A stretch of DNA of 64,000 nucleotides from assembly GCF_009914755.1 (NCBI RefSeq), contig NC_060936.1; one strand, given 5' to 3'. Below are positions 1 through 18,287 of the stretch, in pieces; positions within the stretch are counted from its first letter, which is position 1; each line of letters begins with the position of its first letter. Origin of the DNA: the human T2T-CHM13v2.0 reference genome, Homo sapiens. The notes below the pieces were generated by a model. The model had not been told where the DNA came from. It ran no database searches and saw only the letters and a list, made by a program, of their open reading frames with translations. The position numbers and the translations under genes were made by a program.

Positions 1-264
<264 letters not shown>

Positions 265-892
265 CTAAAAAATGAAAATTAAAAGTTATACTGAAAATCA
301 GAATAAAAAGTGGACATAGTCAAGTAAAAAACAAAAAAAAACATTTTTGTCTTTGGGAAAAGGGAGGCTCAAAATGACTCCAAAATAGGATGACAGGTGA
401 CAAAATTCACTGTCAGCAGGAAAATCCCTAGAACCTGGCTAGGAGGTTGACTATAATATACATTTAGATAAACAGGGAAAAAATATGTATCTTTAACAGA
501 TTATTCAAATACTTATTCACTAAAGAATAGGTATTTATGAATAACATTATAAATGAATAAAATCCGTATTGGCCAAACTTCTGTTAAAATGAAACTTCAA
601 AATTAGTTTATACAGCTTCAATTCTGAAAGGGTTTGGTGCAAAAAGTAGGATGAATTCAATGAGAAAAGCATTACAAGTATTCAGTTTGTCCCAAGTTAA
701 CTATATTCAATTGAATTTAACTTCTCCTTAAGCCATGAAGTGTGTAAAGGACATTCAAGCATTAGCCCTTAAATTCAAGTAGAGGATTTACTATGTTATT
801 TTCTCAGCACTGACAGTAATGGGAACACCCCTGAACCAAATACAGATAGAAAACAAGAACCTCATCCTCCAGATCTAAGAAAGAATGCTTAC

Positions 893-950
893 GGGAGTCA
901 TCTTCGGCAGGGGTGGAACGGACTGCCAGGCTATTCTCATTTGCAGAAAT
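893..950 (-). CDS. LIMA1: LIMA1 exon 8 (ISANENSLAVRSTPAEDDS), 58 nt; gene continues beyond the left edge
   Basis: Acceptor (T)21GTAG, donor GTAAGC; matches EPLIN residues 325-343. Confidence 0.95.
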
Positions 951-2156
951 CTACAAAAAAAAAAAAAAAAAAAAAGTTAGAGGGGGATTAAGAGTCATAT
1001 TAAAAATAAAAGAGCAAACTGCTGTTAATGCCATAAAAACCTGCTGACTCCAGTCAGTCACTGGCTGCCTAGGGGAAATAACGGGCACCAGAACAGCTGA
1101 GCATTTGAACAAGAGGCAGCAAAATGTCTTTTATGAGGATATTAACATGCCTCTCAATTACAGAGTAACCCGAGAAACAGACTGCACTCAACTGCCAAAA
1201 GTGTGCATCATCTCCCTTTATAAAACAACTTCTAAACCATATTTTTCTGCTCTCAAAAAACAAAGCAAAACAAAGCCCTCTATCAAGGAGAGCAAAGCTC
1301 CTCACCGTATAACCATAACCCACTCCAAGGAAAGATAAAGTATTTAAATATAGGAACCATTCTTATTTTTTAATTTTCCTAATTCTTATTTCCCAACCAA
1401 CTACATCCTGCTGAAACGAGCTTGCCTATATAGAAGACCTTTTGACAGTTATAAAACAAATTTACCTAAAACTAACCTCAGTATTATCTTTGAGGACAGT
1501 TTCCCTTCTAATCCCAGTCTCAAAATGGCAATGTTTAAAAAGATGGCAGATCTTACGTATAGGTGTATATATCATTTTCTCAAAAGCCATCAAATTTAAA
1601 TAAAAGAACTCTCTATTAGAGCTCTCCCTCCTTTCTACTGGCCCCCATGCCTTCCTGGTATCTTACTCCACATCCAAAATCATGAAGAGTCAACAGGTGA
1701 CCCAATGTGCACTCTTCACATAATTTCCTTTTATTCAGATGCCACGGATTTTATGGGCAATGCTGAGTGTTTATATCAGGATGTCTGACAAACTGAATAG
1801 ATTTACAATGAAGATTAAGCTGCTGGCTGACTGCACCTGAATTTCAGCGTGGTTATTTTTTCCACTACTCTCTTCATTACAGGAATTCTGACATGGCATA
1901 AAATAAACCGGTACAATCACAGCCAGCATTTACTGGGTGTTTACTATGTGCCAGGTATTCAACTAATCGCCTTACAAATGCACTATTTTATCTAATGATA
2001 TGAAATAAATTTTCTGAAAGTTGTGCATGCCTACAAAAAGCTCTTCAGTTCTTGAGAATTAGTAGGTACCTCCATCCCAGGATGTTCTTCTCTCACCTTT
2101 AATTTGGTCACCTTGAACCTGTGAGGTAATCTTTGCTTTTTTTTTTTTTTTTTTGA

Positions 2157-2360
<204 letters not shown>

Positions 2361-2368
2361 TGACCTCA

Positions 2369-2488
<120 letters not shown>

Positions 2489-3293
2489 TTAACAAAAGCT
2501 AGGCAAACAGCCAAAAGGATAGCTAAGGGTCTGAAAAACATTGCGAATTTTAAGGCAGCTGAGGGTTTGTAAACCTGCAGCATGTGCTTGAAGAATATGT
2601 ATTGTCTTTATCTCCTTTCTTCCCCACCCACTTCATGATTCACAGTCGCACTAATGTCCTTTTAGGCTATAATTAAAATGTTCTAATCTTCCAGTTCAGT
2701 TCAGAGTTCCAGTTTCAAATCAGCATGAAGACAATGACGAAGGAAACATGAATTTAGATACAGGGACAATTCAAGCATTATTTCCCAAATGACTGTTTCC
2801 CAAACTATGCTCCTGGGATAAAGATGGGGATATTTCAATGCTGGGAATATTTTTCTCTTAAAATTTCTTTCTTTCTTTTTTTTTTTTTAACAGTATATAA
2901 GAAAAACTTCAAAAATATTTAGTCAGTTATTCTTAAGAAATAATCTCCCATTTAAAAGATGAGAAAACAAGACAGTTTAACAAGATAACTCACTTAATAC
3001 ATGGCATGTGCCTCATGGGCTAATGCCTGAGTCCACTGCTGCAAGGATGTTTGCAATTTATGGGGGATTATATGACCATGTAACACATGACTGCCAAGTA
3101 TTTTGTCTTGTTATTCCAACATACATTTGTGATGTTTTTATAAAATAAACTATTCTAATATTTTTTTCTGTTCTGGTCTTTGAATCAAATTTTGTAGCCA
3201 TCAGTTTGAGACCATTTTTCTGTGGGTCTGCTTTGATCCAAGAGTAGTATATCTCATGAGTTCCTGTTAGTATTCTGACAATATACCATCCTA

Positions 3294-3611
<318 letters not shown>

Positions 3612-4132
3612 TCATCTCTAAAAAAATTTAAAAAATACAAATTCCAACTAAGCTTGAGAACTGTTGCTCTTAATCCATTTAATGATCTCCATGTCTTTTG
3701 GAAGAATGGCGTCAAGGGTGTCAATAAGTGTAACAGAAGCAATGGCTTTTCTCCTAAGATTAAATCACTGTAATAGATTTGAAAACCCTTTCTCCTCATC
3801 TCATTTAACATTCGATTATCATATTGACTGAAAGACTAAAAGAATTGGACAATGGGCAATGGTAGAGAACATGATAATTCCCCTGACATAAATATTGTTA
3901 CTTATTTCAATTAAGCCATTCATCTAATGATTAATACATAACACACAAATATGATTTGCTTAAAATCTTTCAGTGGCTTTCTCCTGCTGCACCACTACAT
4001 CCAAACCCTTAAGGGTGACATAAAGATTTACCCTAGCCCTCTCCTTCCACCTGTCTCTCACTGCTGCCTATGTGTACCTCATGCTCCAGCCAAGTCAGCA
4101 AACCTGTAATTCTGGCCAAGCACGGTGGCTTA

Positions 4133-4488
<356 letters not shown>

Positions 4489-5003
4489 TCAACCTTCCCC
4501 TCATTCACTTGGCCTACTTCCACACGTTCTTCAAGACTCAGCTCAGACATCACCTTCTTGAGGAAGTCAGGTTAAATATCTTTGCTCTGGGCTTCTGTGG
4601 TCCTGTATACCCCTCTCACAGCCTCACAGCACCTATCATACATTTTTATGATAGCTGACCTCTTATTAATCTCTCCTCTACTCTGTTTTCTTGCACATAA
4701 AGACCACATGGAATGGTTTGTCAATAAGTTTTTAAGCTTATTATTTCCTATGCTTACTTAGCATAGTGACTGCCTTTCAAAATAATATGAGTGGAAGAGT
4801 AAGATTTTCTTGCACAAAATGTGTTAAATGTATACTTAAATTAAGAATATATGAGTATCTGAAGATAATCTCTAATCAAATATATTTTTATTTTATTTTT
4901 GTAAATTATTCTTCCCAGGAGCATGGAATCAAGTTGCCCTGAATCTATGCTCTCCCAAATAGATTTTTTTTTTTTGAGATGGAGTTTCGCTCTTGTTGCT
5001 TAG

Positions 5004-5138
<135 letters not shown>

Positions 5139-5841
5139 TAGTAGAGACAGGGTTTCTCCATGTTGGTCAGGCTTGTCTCGAACTCTCGACCTCAGATGAT
5201 CTGCCTGCCTTGGCCTCCCAAAGTGCTGGGATTACAGGCGTGAGCCACCACACTCGGCCCGAATAGATTTTTATTTTATTTATTTATTTTTGAGACAGAG
5301 TCTTGCTCTGTCGCCCAGGCTGGAGTGCAGTGCACTCAGCTCACTGCAACCTCCACCTCCTGGGATCAAGCGATTCTCCTGCCACAGCCTCCCGAGCAGC
5401 TGGGATTACAGGCATGCACCCCCACACCCGGCTTTTTATATTTTTAGTAGAGATGGGGTTTCACCCTGTGGGCTAGGCTGGTCTCGAACTCCTGACCTCA
5501 GGTGATCCACCTGCCTCACCCTCCCAAAGTGCTGGGATTACAGGCGTGAGCCACTGTGCCCAGCCTCCAAATAGATTTTAAAAAATCACTTCAGCTCTTT
5601 GCCTTCTGAGCATCTGCTGAGCAAAATAATTTTCCAATGAAGGCTCATTATTTGGTCAGCTATAAGTTGCAGAGCTACTCAACTGAAATTATGTGACCTG
5701 CAAAAATGGCAATCTGTCCTGGCAGCTGTTACCAAATTCCCAGACACTCTACAGCCTAGAGTTAGAGTTGTTTCTAATTTCAAGCATCTAATTTAGAACA
5801 CATGCTTCCTTGGCAACTGGACATCAGACTTTTCAACCTAC

Positions 5842-5949
5842 CTTTTCCCCTTCCTGATGGGTGATGCAGACCTCAGGACCTGGGGGCACATTCTCCTTTT
5901 GCTCCATTTTATGAATTTTGATTTCGCCACCACTGGCTTTCAGCTCATT
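5842..5949 (-). CDS. LIMA1: LIMA1 exon 7 (NELKASGGEIKIHKMEQKENVPPGPEVCITHQEGEK), 108 nt; K306 codon (5896-5898, site of the low-LDL K306fs allele) is intact
   Basis: Acceptor ttattttgtag, donor AAG|GTAGGT; phase 0/0; matches EPLIN residues 289-324. Confidence 0.96.
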
Positions 5950-6672
5950 CTACAAAATAAAAATAACTGTAAAAATTTTTTTAAAGTCCCATCATTCTGT
6001 TCTCTTCATAGCACATCTATTAGATAAACTTGGAATGTTAAAAAATTCTTCTAAGAAGCCTCGGGTCAAATCAACCCCCTAACTCTCACAAGCAAAACCC
6101 ACTGACTAGTGAAATGACAAAAGCAGCTTTGTGGACACATACCTCAGAGTTAAATATCTGTATGCTAGTGTAAAACTGGATTGCTCATTAGAATACAGAC
6201 ACATCAACACAGGCACACAGAACACCCCGAGCATACAACATTCTTGTGATTCACTCTTCTAGCAGCAGAGCTTGTGGTAATGCAAAGCTTGTGAGTTTTA
6301 TCAGAAAAGACCATTCTGGAGCAGGGGAAAGGAGATGCCAAGTGCCAATAATAGAAAATATACTGACCATACATATATAAATGCCCGGCCTGGAAAGAGA
6401 GACAGGGATGATGTATACATATAAAAACTGAAATTATATTTAATGATACCATAAAGAAACCTTTTTGGTGGGACTTTCAAAAAGCATGTTTTTCCATATA
6501 CAATTCATATATTGTACTAAAGACATAATTTATTTTACTTCTCATAACAGAGCCTCAACATAAAAGAACATGCATTTTATTGTCATAAGGAATAAGGATA
6601 ATTGCATTTTTTTCCTTGCAAAGGACACTGGGGTGAATATTACAATTAACTCATCTATTACATCTAAAATCA

Positions 6673-6961
<289 letters not shown>

Positions 6962-8068
6962 TCAAAATAAAAAAATAAAATAAAATAAAATAAACATAGA
7001 GGTCGATGACTATAGACATTTCCCACCATTAGTCTGCTAATAATGTAGTAATCTAGTACTTTTCTGTTCTCTGTGAATCTTTAGGCATGGGAGGAAACAA
7101 TTTATGGCCACCAGGTCAATGAAAGGAATGTGAGTATGACTTAGTCACCTAGTGATGGTATTCTAGATTACGACCCACAGCACCGGAGGTGCATCTGTGA
7201 GGAGGAGCTGGCAGCTAGCACTGCAGAACATTATATAGCCCAACAACTCATTCCTGACCCCATCTCAAAGCCCCACCTCCAGAACTGCTGCCAGAGAGTA
7301 TGTATGTGCCTTGTTACAACCATATTCTGTAAGGGGCCTGGGAAATTCTTTGGGGATGAGACAAAATGTACTTTTTACAAGAATTCCCAAAGAGTTTTCA
7401 ACTCTTAAAATCTCCAGAGCAGGAGAACTGTAATGCAGAAATGGTTAGGAGTTAAAAAAAAAAAGTTACTCAACAGGTTTCCCCACATAGGGAGTCACCT
7501 GGTGGGAATGTTTACAGCAGGAGGGCACTGAGAAGCAGTAAAATCTGGTAACAAGAGGAAGTTCAGCTTCGCAGATCCCAATTTGCTGTATCTCCTGACC
7601 TGCCTTCTAAGGGAAGTCTAAATTTGCTCGCTTTTCACATTCACGGTGCATAATCAGCCTGTGATACTCCACTTTGCTAATTGATTTACACACATCATCT
7701 CTTCTTAAAACATAAAGTTGTTAAAATTACAGTTAAAAAACCAAGATGAAATTATTCATTGCCCAGAGAATTAGTCCACCAAATATTATTAGAGAATGTA
7801 TACTTAATAATGTGGGGAAGAGAAGGCTTAACTCCCAGAATACTCATTATGGTTTCCAATATGCACCAATTTCGATCTGCCTAAGAACAAATAAAATTCA
7901 ATATTGTTCTTTTTGATTTTGTTAGACAATTAGGACATCAAGAGATTAATGGTTTGTAATTTGAAATCTTAGAACAAATGCTTGAAGGATACAAAAATAT
8001 GTGTGTGTACATTTGTATCTATGTGTGTGTATACATATATATGTGAATAAATGGCATTTGAAAGGTAA

Positions 8069-8257
<189 letters not shown>

Positions 8258-8442
8258 TAGTAGAGACGGGATTTCACCATGTTGGCCAGGCTGGTTCTGA
8301 ACTCCTGACTTCAAATGACCCACCCACCTCAGGCTCCCAAAGTGTTGGGATTACGGTGTGAGCTCCTGCGCCTGGCTATAAGGTAACTTCAATTTAGCAG
8401 TTCTGTAGCATCAGCTTACCCGTTAAGCACAGGACAACGTAA

Positions 8443-8640
<198 letters not shown>

Positions 8641-8901
8641 TAATTTTTGTATTTTTAGTAGAGATGGGGTTTCACCACGTTAGCCAAGCTGGTCTTGAAC
8701 TCCTGACCTCAGGCAATCTGCCCACCTCGGCCTCCCAAAGTGCTGGGATTACAGGTGTGAGCCATCACACCCAGCTGAATATCAAAATTTTCATGCTTAC
8801 TGAGCACGTCACCTTCTTGTGATCTCTCCCTTTTCCTTATCTACTATTCTACTTCTTTAGGAAAACAGTACATCGTAAGGATTAAAGATTAAGTAGAAGA
8901 T

Positions 8902-9176
8902 CTACTGTATGACTCCTTCATATGAAATTTCCAAAATAGGCAGATACATAAAGACAGGAAGTAGCTAAGTGGTTGCCAGGGGATGAGAGCAGGGGAAGTT
9001 GGGAGTGACTACACAGGTATGAAGTTTCTTTTCAGGGTGATGGAAAGGTTCTGGAATTAAACAGTGGTAATGGTTGTACAACCTTGTGAATATGCTAAGT
9101 ATCACAAGATTGTATACTTTAAAATGGTGATTTTATATTATGTGAGTTATATCTCAGTAAAAAATCACAAAAAAAA
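8902..9176 (+). mobile_element. L1MB-type 3' end fragment
   Basis: TACTGTATGACTCC...GGTTGCCAGGGG...GGTAATGGTTGTACAACCTTGTGAATAT...ACTTTAAAATGGTGATTTT. Confidence 0.7.
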
Positions 9177-9615
9177 CCCTCGTTAATGAACACAGCTGAT
9201 ATTTCTCTCCAGTCTTCTTCTTTCTTCCCTCAAAAGCCAAAATAAGCTCTTCAGTCTTCTTCCTTCTTCCCTCAACAACCAAGATAAAATAAGAGTTATA
9301 TTAAAACTAATAAAATACTACTTCTTTAACAACACAAAGATTAAGTAGAAGAGCCAGGGAAACTCTCAATGATACTCACTGGTAACATCACAAAAAAAGT
9401 GAGTGGGGTGGGAACCAGGACTAAGAAAGCAAAGTCAGGATTAGACCATGGTAAGAACTGCAAATCCAGCGAGGGTAGGGTTCATGTGAAAAGAGAACAG
9501 CTAGGGGACCAGGGCTCAGATACAAGGGTCTGGTGACATTTCCTAATTCCAGTACTCAGTGACCATCTGCTGGATGATGGAATGAATGAATGAATGAATG
9601 ATGCAGAACACATAC

Positions 9616-9939
<324 letters not shown>

Positions 9940-11045
9940 TGACTGGCCAACATGTTTTATTAGAAGATAAAAGTGATTCAAATAATTTCAAAATTCTAAA
10001 TTTTGGGTTATTTTTATCTAATGGCCAATATCTTCTGTTAAAAGCACGAAGAAGAAAATCAGGAATATAATTGTCATTTATAAAGTAATATTCACTCACT
10101 TTCTTAGCATTAAAAGAACCTTACCATAATTGAGGATTGCATATTTTATTTTTTGAGACAGGGTCTCACTCTGTCACCCAGGCTAGAGTATGGGGCAGTG
10201 GTACAATCATAGCTCACTGCAGCTTTGAAGTCTTGGGCTCAAATGATCCAACCACCTCAGTTTCCCAAGTAGCAGTGACTTCAAGGATGCACCACCACGC
10301 TGGGCTTTTTTTTTTTTTTCTGTAGAGATAGGTCTATGTTGCCCAGGCTGGTCTCAAACTCCTGGATTTAAGTGGTCCTCCTGTCTCAGCCTCCCTAAGT
10401 GCTGAGATTATAGGTCTGAGCCACCATGCCTGGGCTCGTATTTTAAAATTCTGGCTAATTTAACATGAAAAAGAAGAGATCTCAATGCTTTTTAATTTGC
10501 ATTTCTTTGATGACTAGGTAGCTGATGTTTTCCTGTTTTTACTAATTTTTTCTTTTGTGAAGTGCCTGTATATGTCCCCTTTAAAACATAATTCCACTCT
10601 CAAAGTGTTATGTTATCACTGGTAATACAGGGTAACCAAACCTGATAGGGGACACAGCCCATCTACTGAAGCCCTCAAACCCCAGATGACTGGAGGCAAA
10701 ACTGATCGTAGCACTTTACTTATAGCTCCTCAAAGTACCCTTTGCTTACCATAGGTTACCACTAACAAGGGTGGATTAAAAATATGAAAAAAGCAGCCGG
10801 GCATGACGGCTCATGCCTGTAATCCCAGCACTTTGGGAGCACGTCAACTTCCGTCTCAAAAAAAAAAAAAAAAAAAAGCTATTTATCGAGAGCAATGAGA
10901 TTTGAGAATGGCTTGCATCTAATAGGCAGACTTCCTTTTAATTTGTGCCACTCTTCCTTTAAAAGCATTGGCTTCGAGTCCAAAAGACGTTACTACTAGT
11001 GAGTACTTCCTAAAGGACCTCATACACATGGAACTCTCTGCTTAC

Positions 11046-11130
11046 CTGGGCCTATTTCCAGGTCATCTAGAGAATAGCTGTTTTCAGAGATCTTCCTTCC
11101 ACTTGCACTTCGGCTTTGGGCCCGGAGAAT
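11046..11130 (-). CDS. LIMA1: LIMA1 exon 5 (ILRAQSRSASGRKISENSYSLDDLEIGP), 85 nt
   Basis: Acceptor tttcgttttccag, donor CAG|GTAAGC; translation continues EPLIN in frame. Confidence 0.96.
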
Positions 11131-12113
11131 CTGGAAAACGAAACCCAACGATAAGTTTTGCAGAAACAATGGGAAATCTTGACGCAAGGTTCAACTTGCA
11201 AACCTTCTTTATAAATAAAATCCAGATTTGATTTTATATTTTATATTCTATAGAATTTTTTTAAAATTACAAATATCAAGCACTACACATTCACAGGTGC
11301 CCAGGGAAAAATAAGTAACCCTATATAGGTAATATTCTCTGCTAAAGATGGCTTCCTAACCAGCAAGCTTTGTAACACTTATTGGAGGGGAATCCTCACA
11401 TACCAGATGACAATGACATGTCCTTCTAAACTGCCAAGTGCTGATGCAGAATCTGCTGTTTCCTTTCTCCGTCTCATGTTATTTCTGCTATTGCTGCCTT
11501 AGTTCATGTCTTCATCATCTTTCCCCTGGACTACTGCATTATACCTCTTTAACTGGTTCTTCATTATCTTCCAATCCAGTCTCTATGATGCTACCATTAT
11601 CCCCAATAATACAAAGTAATTATCCAAAAATATAAATCTATTTTACCCTCCTTTTCAAAATTCTTTCAGCATTCCTACTCATTCCTGAAATTAAACTCGA
11701 AGTGCTTAGTAAGTCACAGAAGTCCTGTTCTAGATCTGGTCCCTACCGAGCCAGCCTCCTTTGTCCTTCTGTTGCCTTACAAATGCCTGTTCCTTCAAAG
11801 ACTCAGTGTAAGCACTATGAAGTCTGAGTACCTTGCCAACATAAATTTAGGTAATCTTTCCTCTGTTCTCAAGGTACCTGGTCAAACTGTTGGGTGACTG
11901 TCCCTCTACTGCACTGTAAGCTCACTAAGGGCAGAGACCATGCCTTTTTGTCCATATATTTCCAGGACTTACAGAAAAGTGGATGACACAGATTTTTTTT
12001 TTTTGAGACAGAGTCTCACTCCGTCACCCAGGCTGGAGTATAGTGATGTGATCTTGGCTCACTGCAGCCTCCGCCTCCCAGGTTCAAGTGATTCTCCTGC
12101 CTCAGCCTCCTGA

Positions 12114-12359
<246 letters not shown>

Positions 12360-12647
12360 TAGATCTTTAATGAAAGTTACAAATTATAATTTTTAAGACT
12401 GTAGTGTCAAAGAATATTCCCAGACATAGTACACAGGGAGTATGTCATGTTTATTCAGCTTATAATGAGATCCTTACATCAGATCCTATCATTCAAATCT
12501 CAGTTTATTTCCAGACAACTTGAGGTTAAAAAAGATATCTGAAATCCAGTATGACAGGAGATAAGAATAAAACACTTAGCACCCTTTTGAATTTAACATT
12601 AGTAAATAGTTACTAAATCTTTAAGTTCAATGGACTAATCAACTTTA

Positions 12648-13001
<354 letters not shown>

Positions 13002-13196
13002 TTATACCCCCTCCTTGGAGACAGAAAACATACCACATCAGAAATCAGAGCCAAGGATTGGTCTGTTTATACCACACCAGTAAGAATAGTTTCTTTCAAA
13101 TTCAATATATATTTAATATATCTCCCAAGGCTAGGCACAGTGGCTCAAGCTTATAATCCTAGCACTTTGGGAGGCTGAGACAGGTGGATCACTTGA

Positions 13197-13739
<543 letters not shown>

Positions 13740-14308
13740 TTATATACATATTACATATGTGTGTGTGTGTATATATAATTTGTCTCCTTGCTGGGTTTGG
13801 TGGTTCATGCCTGTAATCCCAACACTTTGGGAGGCTGAGCCAGGAGGATCCTTTGAGCCTAGGAGTTCAAGACTAGCCTGGGCAACATAGGAAGACTCCA
13901 TCTCTACAAAAAAGAATACAGTGAGCCGTGACCGCACTACTGCATTCCAGCCTGGGTGATGAGTAAGACCCTGCTCAAAAAGTAATAATAATAATTTATA
14001 TCCAGTCAGCTTTACAATTTATATTGTTGATTTAAGTCTATTTTTTCTTTCTTTCTTTTTTTTTTTTTTTTTACAGTAGAGACAGGGTCTCACCACGTTG
14101 CCCAGGCTGGTCTCAAACTCTTGGGCTCAAGGAGCCTCGGCCTCCCAAGGTGCTGGGATTACAGGTGTGGGCCACTGCATCCGGCCTGATTGGGTCTATT
14201 TTTAATAAAAACTAAAACAAGCTGGAACAACACTATCCGTGCTACATCACACACAGGTCAGGCATACTTTCATGAATTATTATACATCCATATGACTCAC
14301 ACAGCTCA

Positions 14309-14515
<207 letters not shown>

Positions 14516-14670
14516 TCAGCTACTCAGGAGGCTGAGGTTGAGAATCACTTGAACTTCAGAGATGGAGGTTGCAGTGAGCAGAAATTGTGCCACTGCTCTC
14601 CAGGCTAGGTGACAGAGCGAGACTCCATCTCAAAAAAAAAAAAAAAAAAAAAGAAAAGAAAAGATAATGA

Positions 14671-14901
<231 letters not shown>

Positions 14902-15196
14902 TGAGTTTTTGGTAGAGTTGGGGTTTCACCATGTTGGTCAAGCTGGTCTGAAACTCCTGACCTCAAATGATCTGCCCTCCTTGGCCTCCCAAAGTGCTAG
15001 GATGACAGGCGTAAGCCACCGCGCCTGGCCCACCTTTTTATTTTGTTTTCAACATACTTCTTATTTGCTGATCATTAAAATAAAGAAAATTCCACATATT
15101 TATTCCAAATGCTGCTGCACTGGAAGATAACCACTACAAAAATTAGAATTTTCAAAACTCAAAATGGGAGAAAGCCTACTGATAAACTTCTTTTGA

Positions 15197-15346
<150 letters not shown>

Positions 15347-16090
15347 TGAGCATGGTGGCACGTGCCTGTAATCCTAGCTACTGGGGAGGCTGAGGCAGGA
15401 GAATCTCTTGAACCAGGGAGGTGGAGGTTGCAGTGGGCCAAGATTACTGCACTCCAGCCTGGGCAACAGAGCAAGACCCCATTTCCAAAAAAAAAAAAAA
15501 AAAAAAAAGAAAAAAAGAAAAGAACAACCAAAAGGAAACGGGTTCTGTGTTCTTAATACAGATATTTGCTTTCTGTCAAAGTTCAAGCACAATTCCAAGA
15601 ATATGTGTTACATGTTACAACCTGCAGAGAGCTGTTTTCTGTCTAGTTGGAGCTACACATCCTTCTCTGTCTTGTGTGAAGTCCCTGCACTGCTGTTATT
15701 GGGAGCATAATCATTTAGAACCAGAGCATACACCTTGCCAGGGCAGAGGCTTTCTTTGGTTTTAAACGCATAAAATTTCCCATCTTTGTTAGCTTTTAAT
15801 TTAAACTGCTGGGTTAATTAAATAAGGCCCCCTTACCTTTTTTTTGAAGCCTTTTGCTCCATGGGGGTATCAAAACTCTGCATTAATTTATTTCAAGTAC
15901 TAAAAAAGTACATGAACAAAGCCATTTGGTCTCAGAGAAAAATAGGAAGAGAACTGTCTCTGAAAAATCCCTCATACAGACTGTGGCTCTGAGGAGAAAC
16001 ACAGCTGTGAGGTAAGATGGGTTTTCATGATATCGCAGGTTCAGTGAAGCACAGCATTACTTTCAATATATTTCACCTTTAAACCACTCA

Positions 16091-16553
<463 letters not shown>

Positions 16554-16866
16554 TTAAAAAAAAAAAAAAAAAATTAGCCAGGCATAGTGGTGATGCCTGC
16601 AGTCCCAGCTACTCCGGAGGCTGAAGTGGGATGATTGAGTCCAGGAAGTCGAGGCTGTAGTGACCTATGATTGTGCCCCGGCACTCCAGCCTGGACGATA
16701 TAACAAGGCCCTGTCTCAAAAGCAAGCAAACAAACAAACAAACAAAAATGATCTCAAATGCATTTAAGATGAGTTTTATGATCCACATTTTCCAAGTGGT
16801 AATCTGAGGTACAGGAAGAAGGAGGGGTTTCCTCCAATATTTCTCAAGGAAGTAAAGGAACACAAA

Positions 16867-16892
16867 ACACACACACACACACACACACACAC
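16867..16892. repeat. (AC)13 microsatellite
   Basis: Direct reading. Confidence 0.9.
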
Positions 16893-17861
16893 GAATTCTG
16901 ATACCAAAATACTCTTCTGTAACAGACTTTTATCACATTTTAGCTCTTTTTACTCAGACACTTGAGGGAGCCTTAATCATTCTAATGTCAAGGAAAGAGA
17001 ATAGACAAGATACTTTTAAGACTTTCTGGAATTTCCTGAGGCCTGGCCTCACCCCACCCTGAAGTCCTCCTTCCTGTCAGCTGACAATAACTCTTGTTAG
17101 TATGAACATCCCTTAAATATTCTCTGTGAATCCATAAATCAAACGCACCAAGATGTACTAGTAAGAGGATAAAAGTTTTAGACAGTAGTCTGTAGAATTT
17201 TTTTCTGTATTTTTTAAAACAGAAATAAAGTAAGTTAGGTTCTAAATAAGTAACAAAGCAGGATTTCCTGTCTTTTCTACACCTATCTTCAGAAAAAATT
17301 ATCTTTAAAAGCTGATTCTCAACACTTTAATTTACTGAGAGTCCCCTGCCTCACTTAGCCACTTCCTTCAACCTTTCAACTTCAGCTTCCTTTGGACGCT
17401 GTCATCTCACCAAAGTCAAGGGCAGAGGAAGGTTGGCTTTTAGGGAAAAATGGAGCTTTGCTGAACTATGCATGGAAATCGGGGCATAGATAAAACCTAG
17501 CCTTGATTTATTAAAGTATTGAGAGAAAAATTTCTTTCTTCAGGGACTCTCTTAGAAAGAGAGTTAATGTAAGTAAAATAATACACATAGAAAGAGATTT
17601 ATCTCCAGGTGGTAGGATTTCTCTACATTTTTTGTATTCCCAAGCATTCTACAAATACTTTGTGTTAGTCTTACAATTAGGAAAAGAAAAAAAAAAGAAA
17701 GGATAACAAGTCATATCTATTAATTTAAGTAGACAAAAATGGTAAAACCAAATGCTAATGCTTTGGGGAATGTGTCCTTATATTGTACTAGTGGTGTTAT
17801 AATCTTGAGAACAAGCTGAAAATATATAAGAATAAACAATAAATCATACCTTTTGATGTAA

Positions 17862-18287
<426 letters not shown>

